A stretch of DNA of 64,000 nt from positions 256,001-320,000 of the forward strand of contig OZ244034.1 in NCBI GenBank assembly GCA_965215185.1, read 5' to 3'. This document shows, in pieces, positions 39,177-49,468 of this stretch (its first letter is position 1; every line of letters begins with the position of its first letter). The notes under the pieces are model-generated. The model worked only from the letters and a program-made list of their open reading frames with translations. It ran no database searches and was not told the origin of the DNA. Source of the DNA: Acidimicrobiia bacterium. Lineage in GTDB: Bacteria > Actinomycetota > Acidimicrobiia > Spongiisociales > ZC4RG35. Both the position numbers and the translations under genes were made by a program.

Positions 39177-40598
39177 ATGTTGGATCTGGTCATTCGGGGT
39201 GGGGAAGTTGTTACACCGATGGGTGTTGGGGTGTGGGACGTGGCGGTTAGGGGGGAAAAGATCGTGGCCGTGACCGAGCCGGGTGTTTTGGTTGGCGAAG
39301 TCGGTCGGGTCATTGACGCGTCGGGGATGGTGGTGGTGCCCGGTGGCATCGAACCACACGCTCACATCGCCGCTCCCATTATCGGCCACGGCGATGGTCG
39401 GACGGCTCCTCCTGAGCAGGTCAGCCGCGCTGCGCTGTTCGGCGGCACTACTACTTTGTTGGATTTCGCGGTCCTATATCCAGGGGTCGACATTCCCCAG
39501 GCCATTGAGGAGCGGACCGGCGTCTGGAAGGGCAATTCCTATGCCGACTATTCCCACCATGTGATGCTTTTGGGTGACATTCCGCCCGAGATCATCGGCT
39601 CGATTCACGAGGCGGTGGAGGATGGCTTCCCCACCTTCAAGGTTTTTACGACCGAGGTGCGTCCGCCTACCGCAGGCGACGTACCCCGCATGGTCCGCAC
39701 CGGGCACCTGCGCGACCTTATGAGCCAAATCCAGGAGTTGGATGCCATGTTGTTGGTTCATGCCGAAGAGGACGACATGGTACAGCATATGCACCAAAAG
39801 CTGATCCGGGAAGGGCGCACCGAGTGGCCCAATATGCCGTTGGTGCATAGCGCCGAATCAGAAGACATTTCGTTTCGGCGGGTGCTGCGGGTGGCCGAGT
39901 GGACCGGCGCTCCGGTCTATTTCGTTCACGTCAGCGCCCGGTCGGGCGTGCAGGCTATCGCTGAGGCCCGGGCCGACGGCCGCCCGGTCTACGGCGAGAC
40001 ACTCCACAACTACTGCTGTTTCAGCGAGGCTAACTATCAGGAGGAGTTCGGGATGAAATACCACACCTACCCCTCTTTGAAGTCCGAGGACGACCGGGCG
40101 GGGCTGTGGAAGGGCATCATCGGGGGCGACCTTCAGACGATGGCCACCGACGAGTACTGCACATCGTGGGAGACGAAGACAGCGGGGCGGACCATCTTAG
40201 ATGTCACCGGCGGCCACAACGGGGTCGAGACGCGGATGGGCATCACTTTTAGTGAGGGGGTGTCCCGGCAGGGAATGGGATTGGAGCGGTTCGTGGATGT
40301 CACGTCAACCAACGCCGCCAAGATCATGGGTCTTTATCCACGCAAAGGTGTGCTGGCGCCGGGCAGCGACGCTGACATCTGCCTAATCGACCCGAGTGTC
40401 AAGCGGAAGCTGACCGCCGACGACTTTCACATCTCCGACTACAGCATTTGGGATGGATACGACATTGAAGGCTGGCCGGTGACCACCATCCTGCGCGGCG
40501 AGGTGGTGGTGTCTCACGGTGCCTTCAGCGCCGCTCCCGCTGGCCGGCTACTGCCCCGCAAGATCGATCACGGGGTAACCATCCGTCCTGCCTGCTGA
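39177..40598 (+). CDS. cyclic amidohydrolase (dihydropyrimidinase/hydantoinase-like)
   Basis: PGGIEPHAH, GGTTT, TFKVF, VHAE, FVHVS, MATD, NAAKIMGLYPRKG and GSDADI. Confidence 0.88.
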   Translation: MLDLVIRGGEVVTPMGVGVWDVAVRGEKIVAVTEPGVLVGEVGRVIDASGMVVVPGGIEPHAHIAAPIIGHGDGRTAPPEQVSRAALFGGTTTLLDFAVLYPGVDIPQAIEERTGVWKGNSYADYSHHVMLLGDIPPEIIGSIHEAVEDGFPTFKVFTTEVRPPTAGDVPRMVRTGHLRDLMSQIQELDAMLLVHAEEDDMVQHMHQKLIREGRTEWPNMPLVHSAESEDISFRRVLRVAEWTGAPVYFVHVSARSGVQAIAEARADGRPVYGETLHNYCCFSEANYQEEFGMKYHTYPSLKSEDDRAGLWKGIIGGDLQTMATDEYCTSWETKTAGRTILDVTGGHNGVETRMGITFSEGVSRQGMGLERFVDVTSTNAAKIMGLYPRKGVLAPGSDADICLIDPSVKRKLTADDFHISDYSIWDGYDIEGWPVTTILRGEVVVSHGAFSAAPAGRLLPRKIDHGVTIRPAC

Positions 40599-40634
40599 TC
40601 CCTTCCCGGCGCCGAACTCGACTTAACCCATCCT

Positions 40635-41441
40635 CTATGCGGTTGGCCGGACTGGTGGCTGGCAGGAATCGAGAGTGATCTCCAATGCTGCTTCCCATAC
40701 GGTGGTGTTGGCCGCATCGAGACGGGTTTGTTCTCCGGGGGAGAGTGGGTCCAGGAAGCTGCGGTCGGCGTCGAGTTGGTCCCACACGGCCAGCAGGGCG
40801 GTGGCGGCGAAGCCGAAGTGTTGGGCGACGGCGTAGAGGGTGGCGGCTTCCATGTCGACCGATCCGTAGCCACGTTCCCGCCAGTCTTCGACCATGGCGC
40901 CGCTTTGGGCGAAGATCGAACTCCAGGTCAGATGCAGGGAGTCGGCAGCCGTCACGCCTCTCTTCTCGAGGGCGGTTCGTCCGAGTTGGGTGAGGTGCGG
41001 GTCGGCGAGGACGATGCCGGTGTGTTCGGCGACTCCTTTGTACAGGTGGGCAACCCCTTCCCGTGCGACCGCTTGGGATGGTACGAGCACATCGCCGGTG
41101 GCCAATCGGGGGTCGAGAGCGCCGCAGGTGCCGATCATCACCATCCTGGGTGTGCCGAGCACGCCGAACAGGTGGGCCAATTCGACGGCTCGCGGCGCCC
41201 CGTAGACGCATGAGTACACGATGGGTGATCCTTGCCACAGACCGTAGAACATGTCGGGAAAGGCCAGTTCCCTCACCTCGTCCAGATAACTAAGGCGCCA
41301 GGCGGTGCGTTGGGCTCGCCACCAGGAACCTTCCATGATCACTGCCTTCGGGATGTCTGCCGTGTCCATTCCCAGGGCATTCAGCCACTCGCCGCGATTG
41401 AGGTCCATCACTGCTTTGTGTCTGGATTGGGGTTCGGTCAT
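40635..41441 (-). CDS. nucleoside phosphorylase (PNP/UDP_1 family)
   Basis: VYGAP, MIGTCGAL, GDVLVP...REG, VDMEAA and AVWD. Confidence 0.82.
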   Translation of the reverse strand: MTEPQSRHKAVMDLNRGEWLNALGMDTADIPKAVIMEGSWWRAQRTAWRLSYLDEVRELAFPDMFYGLWQGSPIVYSCVYGAPRAVELAHLFGVLGTPRMVMIGTCGALDPRLATGDVLVPSQAVAREGVAHLYKGVAEHTGIVLADPHLTQLGRTALEKRGVTAADSLHLTWSSIFAQSGAMVEDWRERGYGSVDMEAATLYAVAQHFGFAATALLAVWDQLDADRSFLDPLSPGEQTRLDAANTTVWEAALEITLDSCQPPVRPTA

Positions 41442-42655
41442 CAGACGGTTTCCTCGGTCGGGAAGTGAGAGCGCGCCCAGAGATACCAGCCGAGGGTCCA
41501 GAGCGCTCCGACCAGGACCAGCCCGGCCAACAACAGGAACACCCCATCCCACGCATCCCGGTCCACCAGCCCGCCCATCACCGGTGAAGCGGACCCGCCT
41601 CCCAGGTTAAAGGCCAGGGCATAAATGCCGCTGACCAGGGCCACCCTGGGGGGCGAGGTGATCCGGGGGAAGAGACCCAGAACCAGGGACGATGACGCTC
41701 CGACCAGGGCGGTGGCGGCGGCTACCGCGGTGAACCCTGCGCCCAGACCCGAAACCTGGCTGACCATCGCCAGGGCGATCGAAGTGGCCACCAGCACCAT
41801 TCCGCCTTTCCAGGCGGAACCCGGACCGGATGATTGTTGGAACCAGCGTCCTAGTGTGATGGTGGCCCCAATGGCGATGGCGGGCAGCGCCGCGGAGAGC
41901 AAACCGGATCTCCCCATCGTTTCATTGTGGACCTCAACGAAGTAGGTCGGCGTCCACACTATCAGAGCGACATAGGCGGCCCCGATGGCCACGGCCGCAG
42001 GTAATAGCCACAGCGACCGGACGATCGAACCGTCCGAGGGCTCGGCAACAGGGGATGCCTTGATCGGATCCCGGGCGCCGATCCACCAGGCAATGCCCAC
42101 CGGTATCAGCACCGCGGCGGCGGCCATGAACAGAGCCTCGACCCCGTTTCGTTCGACGATGAACCCCCCGATGGCGAAGGTGAGAGCGGTACCGGCCACG
42201 AAGCAGGAGCCGAACGAGGCGATCACCCGACCTGATCCCTTGTCTTGTACCCATCGGCCCACGGCGCCGATCAGCGGCGTCCATCCCATCGCCTGGAACA
42301 TTCCGTTGGCCGACCAGAACACCAGGGACAGGGCGAAGTTCTGGATGGACAGGATGAACAGGACGTTCATGATCCCGCTTCCCACCAAGCCCAGTCCGAC
42401 CAGCAGGCGAGCGCCGATCCGGTCGGCCAGACGCCCGATCAGTACCGCGGAGAGGGAGTAGACCCAGAAGAACCCGGCCGCCAAGGCGCCGATCTTGGTG
42501 GCTTCCAAACCCTGCTCCTCCCCGAGCCCCGGCACCGCCACCGAGAAGTTCACCCTCCCGAGGTAGTAGATGGCGTAGACGGACCATCCGGAGATGATCA
42601 GACCCCACCGGGCCTCCGATCCACAGATGGCAGCCGATGGGCCGGGGCGGGTCAA
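41441..42655 (-). CDS. MFS transporter (OPA/GlpT-like)
   Basis: YLGRVNFSVA, GRLADRIGAR and NGMFQAMGWTP; about 12 hydrophobic segments. Confidence 0.9.
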   Translation of the reverse strand: MTRPGPSAAICGSEARWGLIISGWSVYAIYYLGRVNFSVAVPGLGEEQGLEATKIGALAAGFFWVYSLSAVLIGRLADRIGARLLVGLGLVGSGIMNVLFILSIQNFALSLVFWSANGMFQAMGWTPLIGAVGRWVQDKGSGRVIASFGSCFVAGTALTFAIGGFIVERNGVEALFMAAAAVLIPVGIAWWIGARDPIKASPVAEPSDGSIVRSLWLLPAAVAIGAAYVALIVWTPTYFVEVHNETMGRSGLLSAALPAIAIGATITLGRWFQQSSGPGSAWKGGMVLVATSIALAMVSQVSGLGAGFTAVAAATALVGASSSLVLGLFPRITSPPRVALVSGIYALAFNLGGGSASPVMGGLVDRDAWDGVFLLLAGLVLVGALWTLGWYLWARSHFPTEETV

Positions 42656-42662
42656 GCGCCGG

Positions 42663-43742
42663 CTACCCGTTGGAATCCGAGCCGACCGGTTGCCCTGTGG
42701 AATTGGCTTCCAGGACCCAGATCTTGTCGGGGTGGAACTTCACCGCCACGGCGTCACCGTCGGTGAACAACTTGACTTGTCCGGGATCGGTTATCGCTTC
42801 GATCTCCGTCTCGCCGATCGTCACCCGAAATCGAGCGTAGCGTCCCGCATAGACGTGAGAGCGGATGGTCCCCTGGACGCTGTTGTGGCCTTCGACGCCC
42901 AGTTCGATCGCTTCCGGGCGGATGCTGAGCATCGCATCTCCGGCCTCAATCGCCGAGTGTGGCGCGGTAAACCTGCCAACGGCAGTGGTTATCTCACCAT
43001 CCTGGTAATGGCCGGGTATGAAGTTGGTGCCGCCGAAAAAGGTAGCGATTTCCATGGTTTCGGGTTTGTCGTAGAAGGCATCAGGCACATCGAACTGCTG
43101 CAATTTGCCGTCAAACAGCAGGGCAACTTTGTCGGCCAGCACCACCGCCTCTTCCTGATCGTGGGTGACGAAGACGGTGGTGATCTCCATTTCGGTCTGA
43201 ATGCCGCGGATCAGTTCACGCATTTCGTCTCGCAGGTGGGCGTCGAGGTTGCTGAGCGGCTCGTCGAGGAGGAGGACATTTGGCTCAACTATCAAGGCCC
43301 GGGCCAGGGCGATGCGTTGCTGCTGTCCGCCCGACAGTTGCTTGGGTTTGCGATCCTCGAAGCCGGGCAACTGGACCAGGTCGAGCATGTCGGTCACCCG
43401 CGATCTGATCTCCTTGCGGTTGACTTTGCGCATCTTCAGACCGAATCCGATGTTGTCGGCGATGCTCATGTACGGAAACAGCAGGTAGTTTTGGAACACC
43501 ATCACCGCCCCACGTTCCTCGGGCTTGATGTTGAGAATGGAGTCGCCGTCGAAGAGAATGTCGCCGGCGGTGGGCCGCAACAGTCCGGAGATCATCTTCA
43601 TGGTGGTGGTCTTGCCGCACCCAGAGGGTCCGAGCAGGGCGGTGAGTTTTCCGGATTCGATCTCCAGATCCAGATGGTCCACAGCAGGATTCGATTTGGC
43701 GTCGAATATCTTGGTCAGACCGCTAAGTGTCAGTTGGGTCAT
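42663..43742 (-). CDS. ABC transporter ATP-binding protein (PotA/MalK-like, TOBE)
   Basis: GPSGCGKTT, LSGGQQQR and LLLDEPLSNLD. Confidence 0.95.
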   Translation of the reverse strand: MTQLTLSGLTKIFDAKSNPAVDHLDLEIESGKLTALLGPSGCGKTTTMKMISGLLRPTAGDILFDGDSILNIKPEERGAVMVFQNYLLFPYMSIADNIGFGLKMRKVNRKEIRSRVTDMLDLVQLPGFEDRKPKQLSGGQQQRIALARALIVEPNVLLLDEPLSNLDAHLRDEMRELIRGIQTEMEITTVFVTHDQEEAVVLADKVALLFDGKLQQFDVPDAFYDKPETMEIATFFGGTNFIPGHYQDGEITTAVGRFTAPHSAIEAGDAMLSIRPEAIELGVEGHNSVQGTIRSHVYAGRYARFRVTIGETEIEAITDPGQVKLFTDGDAVAVKFHPDKIWVLEANSTGQPVGSDSNG

Positions 43743-44270
43743 ATGTTGCCGATACCTCCTACTGCGGCACTGTCACCGGACAGATACTTTGAACTCAAGA
43801 GCAATACCACTATCCCCGGCAGGACGAAAACCACGCTCAGCGCGCCTGCGATGGCAGGTTCGGAGCGGGCGAAATTGAACAACAGAATCGGCAGGGTCTC
43901 CACTTGGCCGTCCCCGATCAGCAGGGTCAGGATGTATTGACTCCACGAGATCAGGAAGGTGAACAAGGCGCCCACCACCACCCCGGGGAAAACGGCCGGC
44001 AGGGTGACAAACCGCTGCGTGGCCCAGCGTCCTGCTCCCAGGGACCGGGCCTGTAGCTCGTAGTCGACGTCGTAATTGGAGTACACCCCCGACATCACCA
44101 ACGTCATGTAGGGGAGGGTGGGGACCAGATGAACCAGGGCCACCCCGTACACGCTTCCGGAGAGCCCGTAGCGAATGAACAGGGTGTCGATCCCCAGGAC
44201 CACCGCCAGGCCGGGAACGATGATCGGGGCCAGGATCATTATCTCGACTATCCGTTTTCGGCGGACTCCC
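43739..44270 (-). pseudogene. ABC permease (PotC-like), N-terminally truncated
   Basis: LAPIIVPG, ELQARSLGA, FLISWSQY and TLPI. The upstream ~35 codons of the ORF are hydrophilic and non-homologous; no partner permease or SBP upstream. Confidence 0.75.
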
Positions 44271-44450
44271 TGACTGGAGGGCTGCTTTGAGACGACGCCT
44301 CTTGAGCGGGTCGTGGGAGAACACGGGCGGTTCGAGGCGGTCGTCCAGCGTTCCGACCTGATGCAAACCATCGTTCAGGCGCGCTCCTGGTATCTGGCGA
44401 GGCTGGACGGCTGACAGGTGCGGCCGGCGGTTGCGCGGCCTGTGGAGGTG

Positions 44451-46115
44451 TCAGACGATGGGAAGGGGGGCAATCGCTTCGATATCGGTTACGACATCGA
44501 CGATGACAGGACACCCCGCCGCAAATGCCCGTTCCAGGGCAGGGCGGAGGTGGTCGGGTCTCTCCACCCGGATGCCCATCGCCCCCATTCCCTCGGCGAG
44601 TCGGGCGAAGTCCACGTCGGTAAAGGTCCAGAGGCGGCGTCCCTCTGGGGTCTGCTGTCCGCCGTAGGCGCGATCGAAGCCAATGGTCGACTGGTTGCCC
44701 GAGGAGTTGTTGTTGACCACGGTGACGGTGTTGATGCCCCATCGAACCGCGGTCTCGACCTCGGCTATGTGGTACCAGAACCCCCCGTCGCCGGTGAAGC
44801 AGACTACGGGGCGATCCGGCGCGGCGCATTTGGCGCCAAGAGAGGCCGGGAAAGCCCAGCCCAGGTGACCGGCGCTGCGCAGGTAGCTCTGCTCGGGTGT
44901 ACGGGTGTCGAACATGCCGCCCATCCACATGCCGGCGTGCCCGGTGTCGACCACGACACACGCGTTGTCCGGCACGTGGGTGGTCAGCTCCGAGCAGATC
45001 CGCTCCGGGCGGATGGGCACCGCATCGGATTCGAGATGGCGCTGGTGCTGTTCTCGCCAGCCGGTGACCTCCCGGCGTACTTCAGCCAGCCACTCTTTCC
45101 GGCCTGGATCCCGCGGGCCAGCCTGTTCCAGGAGGGCGGCGAGGGTCAAGCGGGCATCGGCGTTGATAGGCACCTGCAGAGGGTAGTTACGGCCCAACAT
45201 TTCCGGGTTGATGTCGACCTGGATGGCGGTTACTCCCGGTGCCGGAACCTGCCAGAAATGGGTGGTCATGCTGCCGGTGCTCGAACCGACGAAGCACGCC
45301 AGGTCGGCCCGGTTCGCGACCCGGTTGGCGGCGCTACGAGAGTAGGTACCGACCACACCGACGGCCAGCGGATGGGTACCGGGGATGGTGTCCTTCCCGT
45401 TGAGGGAGGTCACCACCGGAATGGAGAGACGTTCGGCCAGGGCCACCAGTTGGCTCGAAGCACGGGAGGTCCGGACCCCTCCTCCCGCCACAATCACGGG
45501 CCGCTCGGCGCGGTCGAGCAGGTCCAGAGCCGCCGCCACGTCTTCGGGGTCGGGGAGGGGCCGCACCGCAGGTACAGAGGCGAATCCTTTGCCGACCCAC
45601 GGGTCGAGATCGCTCTCCTCGAGGTCGATCTGTCCCTCGTTGCCCGCGAACTGGACATGGGCCGGTCCCGGACAGCCCGACACGGCGGATCGGAAGGCCT
45701 GCCGGATCGAGTCGGGGATCCGCTCCACCCGGTCGACGGACGTGTTGAACTTGGTGACGTTGACGAAGGCGGGCAGATCGTCGACCTCCTGATAGACGCC
45801 CCTGCCGGCCATCCGCGGATGGAGGCCTCCCGTGAGAGCGACTACCGGGGAGTTGGCCAGGTATGCGTCACGCAACCCGGCCGCCAGGTTGAGCGCACCC
45901 ACCGCCTGGGCCATGCACACGCCGGGCCGGCCCGCCATCCTGGCGTAGCCGTCGGCCATGTAGGCGGCTGATTTCTCGCCATGCGTGTGGATGCGCTGCA
46001 CCCCGAACTTCTCTAGTTCCACCAAAGTGCGCCGCAGGACCGCAGGGACCATGAAGACGTGGGTCACCCCGTACCCGTCAAGCATTTCGGCGAGCGCCTG
46101 GGCGCCGGTCATCAT
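44451..46115 (-). CDS. thiamine pyrophosphate-dependent enzyme (acetolactate synthase-like)
   Basis: TGAQALAE, HGEKSAAYMADGYAR and TPP motif GDGG...NN. Confidence 0.92.
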   Translation of the reverse strand: MMTGAQALAEMLDGYGVTHVFMVPAVLRRTLVELEKFGVQRIHTHGEKSAAYMADGYARMAGRPGVCMAQAVGALNLAAGLRDAYLANSPVVALTGGLHPRMAGRGVYQEVDDLPAFVNVTKFNTSVDRVERIPDSIRQAFRSAVSGCPGPAHVQFAGNEGQIDLEESDLDPWVGKGFASVPAVRPLPDPEDVAAALDLLDRAERPVIVAGGGVRTSRASSQLVALAERLSIPVVTSLNGKDTIPGTHPLAVGVVGTYSRSAANRVANRADLACFVGSSTGSMTTHFWQVPAPGVTAIQVDINPEMLGRNYPLQVPINADARLTLAALLEQAGPRDPGRKEWLAEVRREVTGWREQHQRHLESDAVPIRPERICSELTTHVPDNACVVVDTGHAGMWMGGMFDTRTPEQSYLRSAGHLGWAFPASLGAKCAAPDRPVVCFTGDGGFWYHIAEVETAVRWGINTVTVVNNNSSGNQSTIGFDRAYGGQQTPEGRRLWTFTDVDFARLAEGMGAMGIRVERPDHLRPALERAFAAGCPVIVDVVTDIEAIAPLPIV

Positions 46116-46566
46116 ACTGGAAGACTCTAACAGCCGCCTTCCATGTTGGGGATGACAGATCTACCCTATCCCAACATCCCGACCGCGTGGGTACGGGGTT
46201 CCAAATGGTACCTCTTCCTATATTGTCAGCGCAGCCAGGCGCCCTTGCATCTGAGCCCAAAATTGCACAACCGGGGATGGTGGCCCCTCGAACGACGCGG
46301 TTTCGGGGTAGGAGCAAGTGAGCGACACAGCTGTTCGCGCTGACGACCTTTCCGTTCTGCCTCTTGGTGGCAACACTCGAGGCCACACCAATCTTGTCTG
46401 AGCATTTACGAAGATTTGCCGGGGAGAGCAGTCGGGGTGGGAGAGTTCCGTGACGCGCCTCAGCCCGTTCTTGCCGGAGCAGATGCGGTACGGAGACCCA
46501 GGGGCTGTCCGGAGGCAGCCATCTACGCTGCTCTTAACCTGCCCGGTATCTTTTGACCGGCCTCGG

Positions 46567-47808
46567 CTACGAGGTTGGCGGTTCACTCCGGTTGGGTTTC
46601 TTATGACTCAGGTGGAGCAGGTAGGCCACTCGTGCTGAGCTGATGGTTATCGGAACGAACATCTTCTGCACGGCCAGAGGGATGCTGGGTCGTTCCACGA
46701 ACCGGTAGATGGTGAAGAGGGCGAATGCACCGTGGAAGGTCGTTAATGCCATCCACATCCCGTCTGGTCCCACCAAAGTCATCAGGCCGGCGCTCAGGAC
46801 CGGGCCGGCTATGGCCCCCAACCCCATCAACGTAACCAAAGCAGCCATTCCCGGGACGAGTTGTTCGGGCGCCAGCAAGTCGTTCATATGGCTCATCGAC
46901 AAGGCGTAAACCGGGAAGGTCAGGGACCCGTAGACGAGCATCACCCCCGCGAACAGGAAGGGGTCGGTCGGGCCGATGGACATCAGCAGAGAAACCAGGG
47001 CTGAGCCGAGGGTGATGGCCAGGATTACCCGTCGGCGGGGGATGCGGTCAGACAGCCGCCCCAAGGGGATCATGTTCACCATAGCGCCGACCAACAAGGC
47101 GCTCATCACCCACCCGATCTGGGTGCTGCTCAGGCCTACCTGGGTGCCGTACACCGGGCCCATGGTGAGAATGGAACTGTGGGTGAGTCCCGCCGCCACC
47201 GCGCCGACGGCGGCCAGTGGAGTGGTTCGATACACGGCGGCGATGTTGGCCTTGCGCCGTGGTGGGATTTCCGGGGGATTGGTACGGGTGAGAGAAAGCG
47301 GCACCAGCGAGATCGAGAACAGCACGGAGACCAAAATGAATAGCCCGAATCCACCCGGGTCGTCGACGCCGATCAGAATCTGCCCGAACGCGGCCCCTCC
47401 CATTCCCATCACCATGTAGGTGCCGAGAATGCGACCTCGGTTACGGTTGTCTACTTTGTTGTGCAGCCAACTGTCAGAGGTAATGAATATGCCCGACATG
47501 CAGAATCCGGTTGCCAGGCGCAGAGCGAACCAGATCGTGGGGGTTAGGAACAGGCCATGCAGAAGGGTGGCCGACGAGGCCAGGGAGGCAAGCCCGGCGA
47601 ACACCCGGATGTGTCCAACGTTGGCCAGCAGATCACCGACGAACCGGCTACCCAACAAGAAGCCGACGTAATAGCCGGCCAGCGAGATTCCGACGGCCAG
47701 GGGCGAGAAATCCTCGATGGTGGCGCGGATTCCCAACAGGGAAGTTCCCAGGCCATTACCCATCCCCAAGAGGCACATCGACGCAAAAAGCGCGGTGAGG
47801 TGTTTCAT
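46567..47808 (-). CDS. MFS transporter (YcaD-like), paralog 1
   Basis: GNGL, VGHIRVFAGLAS, RGRILGTYM and GRLSDRIPRR. Confidence 0.92.
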   Translation of the reverse strand: MKHLTALFASMCLLGMGNGLGTSLLGIRATIEDFSPLAVGISLAGYYVGFLLGSRFVGDLLANVGHIRVFAGLASLASSATLLHGLFLTPTIWFALRLATGFCMSGIFITSDSWLHNKVDNRNRGRILGTYMVMGMGGAAFGQILIGVDDPGGFGLFILVSVLFSISLVPLSLTRTNPPEIPPRRKANIAAVYRTTPLAAVGAVAAGLTHSSILTMGPVYGTQVGLSSTQIGWVMSALLVGAMVNMIPLGRLSDRIPRRRVILAITLGSALVSLLMSIGPTDPFLFAGVMLVYGSLTFPVYALSMSHMNDLLAPEQLVPGMAALVTLMGLGAIAGPVLSAGLMTLVGPDGMWMALTTFHGAFALFTIYRFVERPSIPLAVQKMFVPITISSARVAYLLHLSHKKPNRSEPPTS

Positions 47809-47961
47809 TGTGTCACAGGCGGTCAGTCGTGCGGCGGGTGGTGAAATACATCCGAAGAGGTAGCTCCCTAGGGGGGTGATCGATCTTGAGGGGTGCGGGT
47901 CCCGCTGGGAGGCATCCTCTCCTTTAAAGTCTATTGAGAAAATGAAGCTGTGTTGGAGGGG

Positions 47962-49248
47962 TTAATGTCTCTCAGGCGGTTGTGGGCTTTGACGACTTTC
48001 CGACTCGGGGAGGTCGGCTATGTCGCCGGGCTTGTCCCGTCCGCGGCCGATGATGAGGAGGGCAAAGCGAGCCGTGCTCCGGAAGGGGACCGGGACGAAG
48101 ACCTTTTGCAGGGCAACAGGAATGCGGGGTCGTTCCATGAACCGGTGAATGATGTAGAGGGCAAAGATGCCGTGGATGGAGGCCAAGACTATCCACATCC
48201 CATCTGGTCCTACCAGGGTAATCACACCGGCGCACAGCACCGGGCCGGCTATGGCGCCCGACCCCTTGAAGGTGACCAGGGCAGTGGCCCCCGGGATGAT
48301 CTGCTCCGTCGGCAACAGATCATTCATGTGGCTCATCGACAAGGCGTACAGGGGTAGGGCGAGGGCGCCGTACACAAGCATCGCGAGGGTCAGTAACAAG
48401 GGGCTGGCTGCTGCGGTGATCATCAGCGCCGTTACCAAGGTCGATCCGAGGGTGATGGCCAGGATTACCCGTCGGCGGGGGACGCGGTCGGAGAGCCGCC
48501 CCAGCGGAATCATGTTCGCCACGGCGCCAAACAGGAGGGCTCCCATCATCAACCCCACCTGAGCGTTGGTCAGACCTACCAGTGTGCCATAGACCGGTCC
48601 CATGGTGATTATGGCGCTGTGGGTGAGTCCCGCTACTGTGGCGCCAACCAGAGCCAGTGGGGCGGTTTTGAACACCGCGATCGCGTCGGCTTTCCGTCGG
48701 GGCTGGACCAGCGGTGGATTGGTGCGAGTGAGAGACAAAGGAACCAGGGAGATCGAGAAAAGCACCGATACCAGAACGAACAGGCCAAAACCACCGGGAT
48801 TGTCAAAGCTAATCAATAACTGTCCGATAGTGGCGCCCCCCATAACCATCACCATGTAGGTGGAGAGCAACCGACCCCGGCTTCGGTTGCTAGCCAGATT
48901 GTTCAGCCAACTCTCGGCAGTGATGAAGATGCCTGACATGCAAAGACCGGTCAACAATCGCAGGGCGAACCAGATCGAAGGGGTCAGGAACAGGCCGTGC
49001 ATAAGGATGGCCGATGAGGCCAGGGAAGCGAGCCCGGCGAATACCCGAACATGCCCCACATTGGCCAGGAGGCCGCCGATTACCCGGCTTCCCACCAAGA
49101 AGCCCACGTAGTAGCCGGCCAGGGATATTCCCGCTGCCAGCGAGGAGAAGTCCTCGATAGTGGAGCGGATTCCCAACAGGGAAGTTCCCAGGCCGTTGCC
49201 GATCCCCAGGAGGCACATCGACGCAAATAGCGCCGCTACCTGCTTCAC
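47962..49248 (-). CDS. MFS transporter (YcaD-like), paralog 2
   Basis: Colinear paralog of 46567..47808 (VGHVRVFAGLAS, ESWLN, GRLSDRVPRR). Confidence 0.92.
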   Translation of the reverse strand: MKQVAALFASMCLLGIGNGLGTSLLGIRSTIEDFSSLAAGISLAGYYVGFLVGSRVIGGLLANVGHVRVFAGLASLASSAILMHGLFLTPSIWFALRLLTGLCMSGIFITAESWLNNLASNRSRGRLLSTYMVMVMGGATIGQLLISFDNPGGFGLFVLVSVLFSISLVPLSLTRTNPPLVQPRRKADAIAVFKTAPLALVGATVAGLTHSAIITMGPVYGTLVGLTNAQVGLMMGALLFGAVANMIPLGRLSDRVPRRRVILAITLGSTLVTALMITAAASPLLLTLAMLVYGALALPLYALSMSHMNDLLPTEQIIPGATALVTFKGSGAIAGPVLCAGVITLVGPDGMWIVLASIHGIFALYIIHRFMERPRIPVALQKVFVPVPFRSTARFALLIIGRGRDKPGDIADLPESESRQSPQPPERH

Positions 49249-49468
49249 TCTATTGGCGCTTTACGGCAAGAGTCGCCGATCCCGTCTTCGGGTAGTAGGA
49301 GCCCATCGAAACCTGGTATGGCGGACGGTTCTTTGACCTCGAGCGGTCTTGGTTTCTCCGTCTCTGCCACATCTGTTCCTAAGGGTATATACGGGACCCC
49401 TACCGATCAGGGGGTTTGATTTCGTGTCCCGAGGTCGGTGGGGGAGAGGGCTAGCTCAAAAGGGGCTG

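Noticed and set aside
42594-45971. Long plus-strand ORFs 42594..43940 and 44418..45971
   Set aside because: Antisense shadows of the ABC ATPase and TPP enzyme, typical of high-GC DNA; no motifs.
46116-46566. Riboswitch (TPP or other) upstream of the TPP enzyme
   Set aside because: No recognisable conserved aptamer core seen by eye; an Rfam scan would be needed to exclude it.
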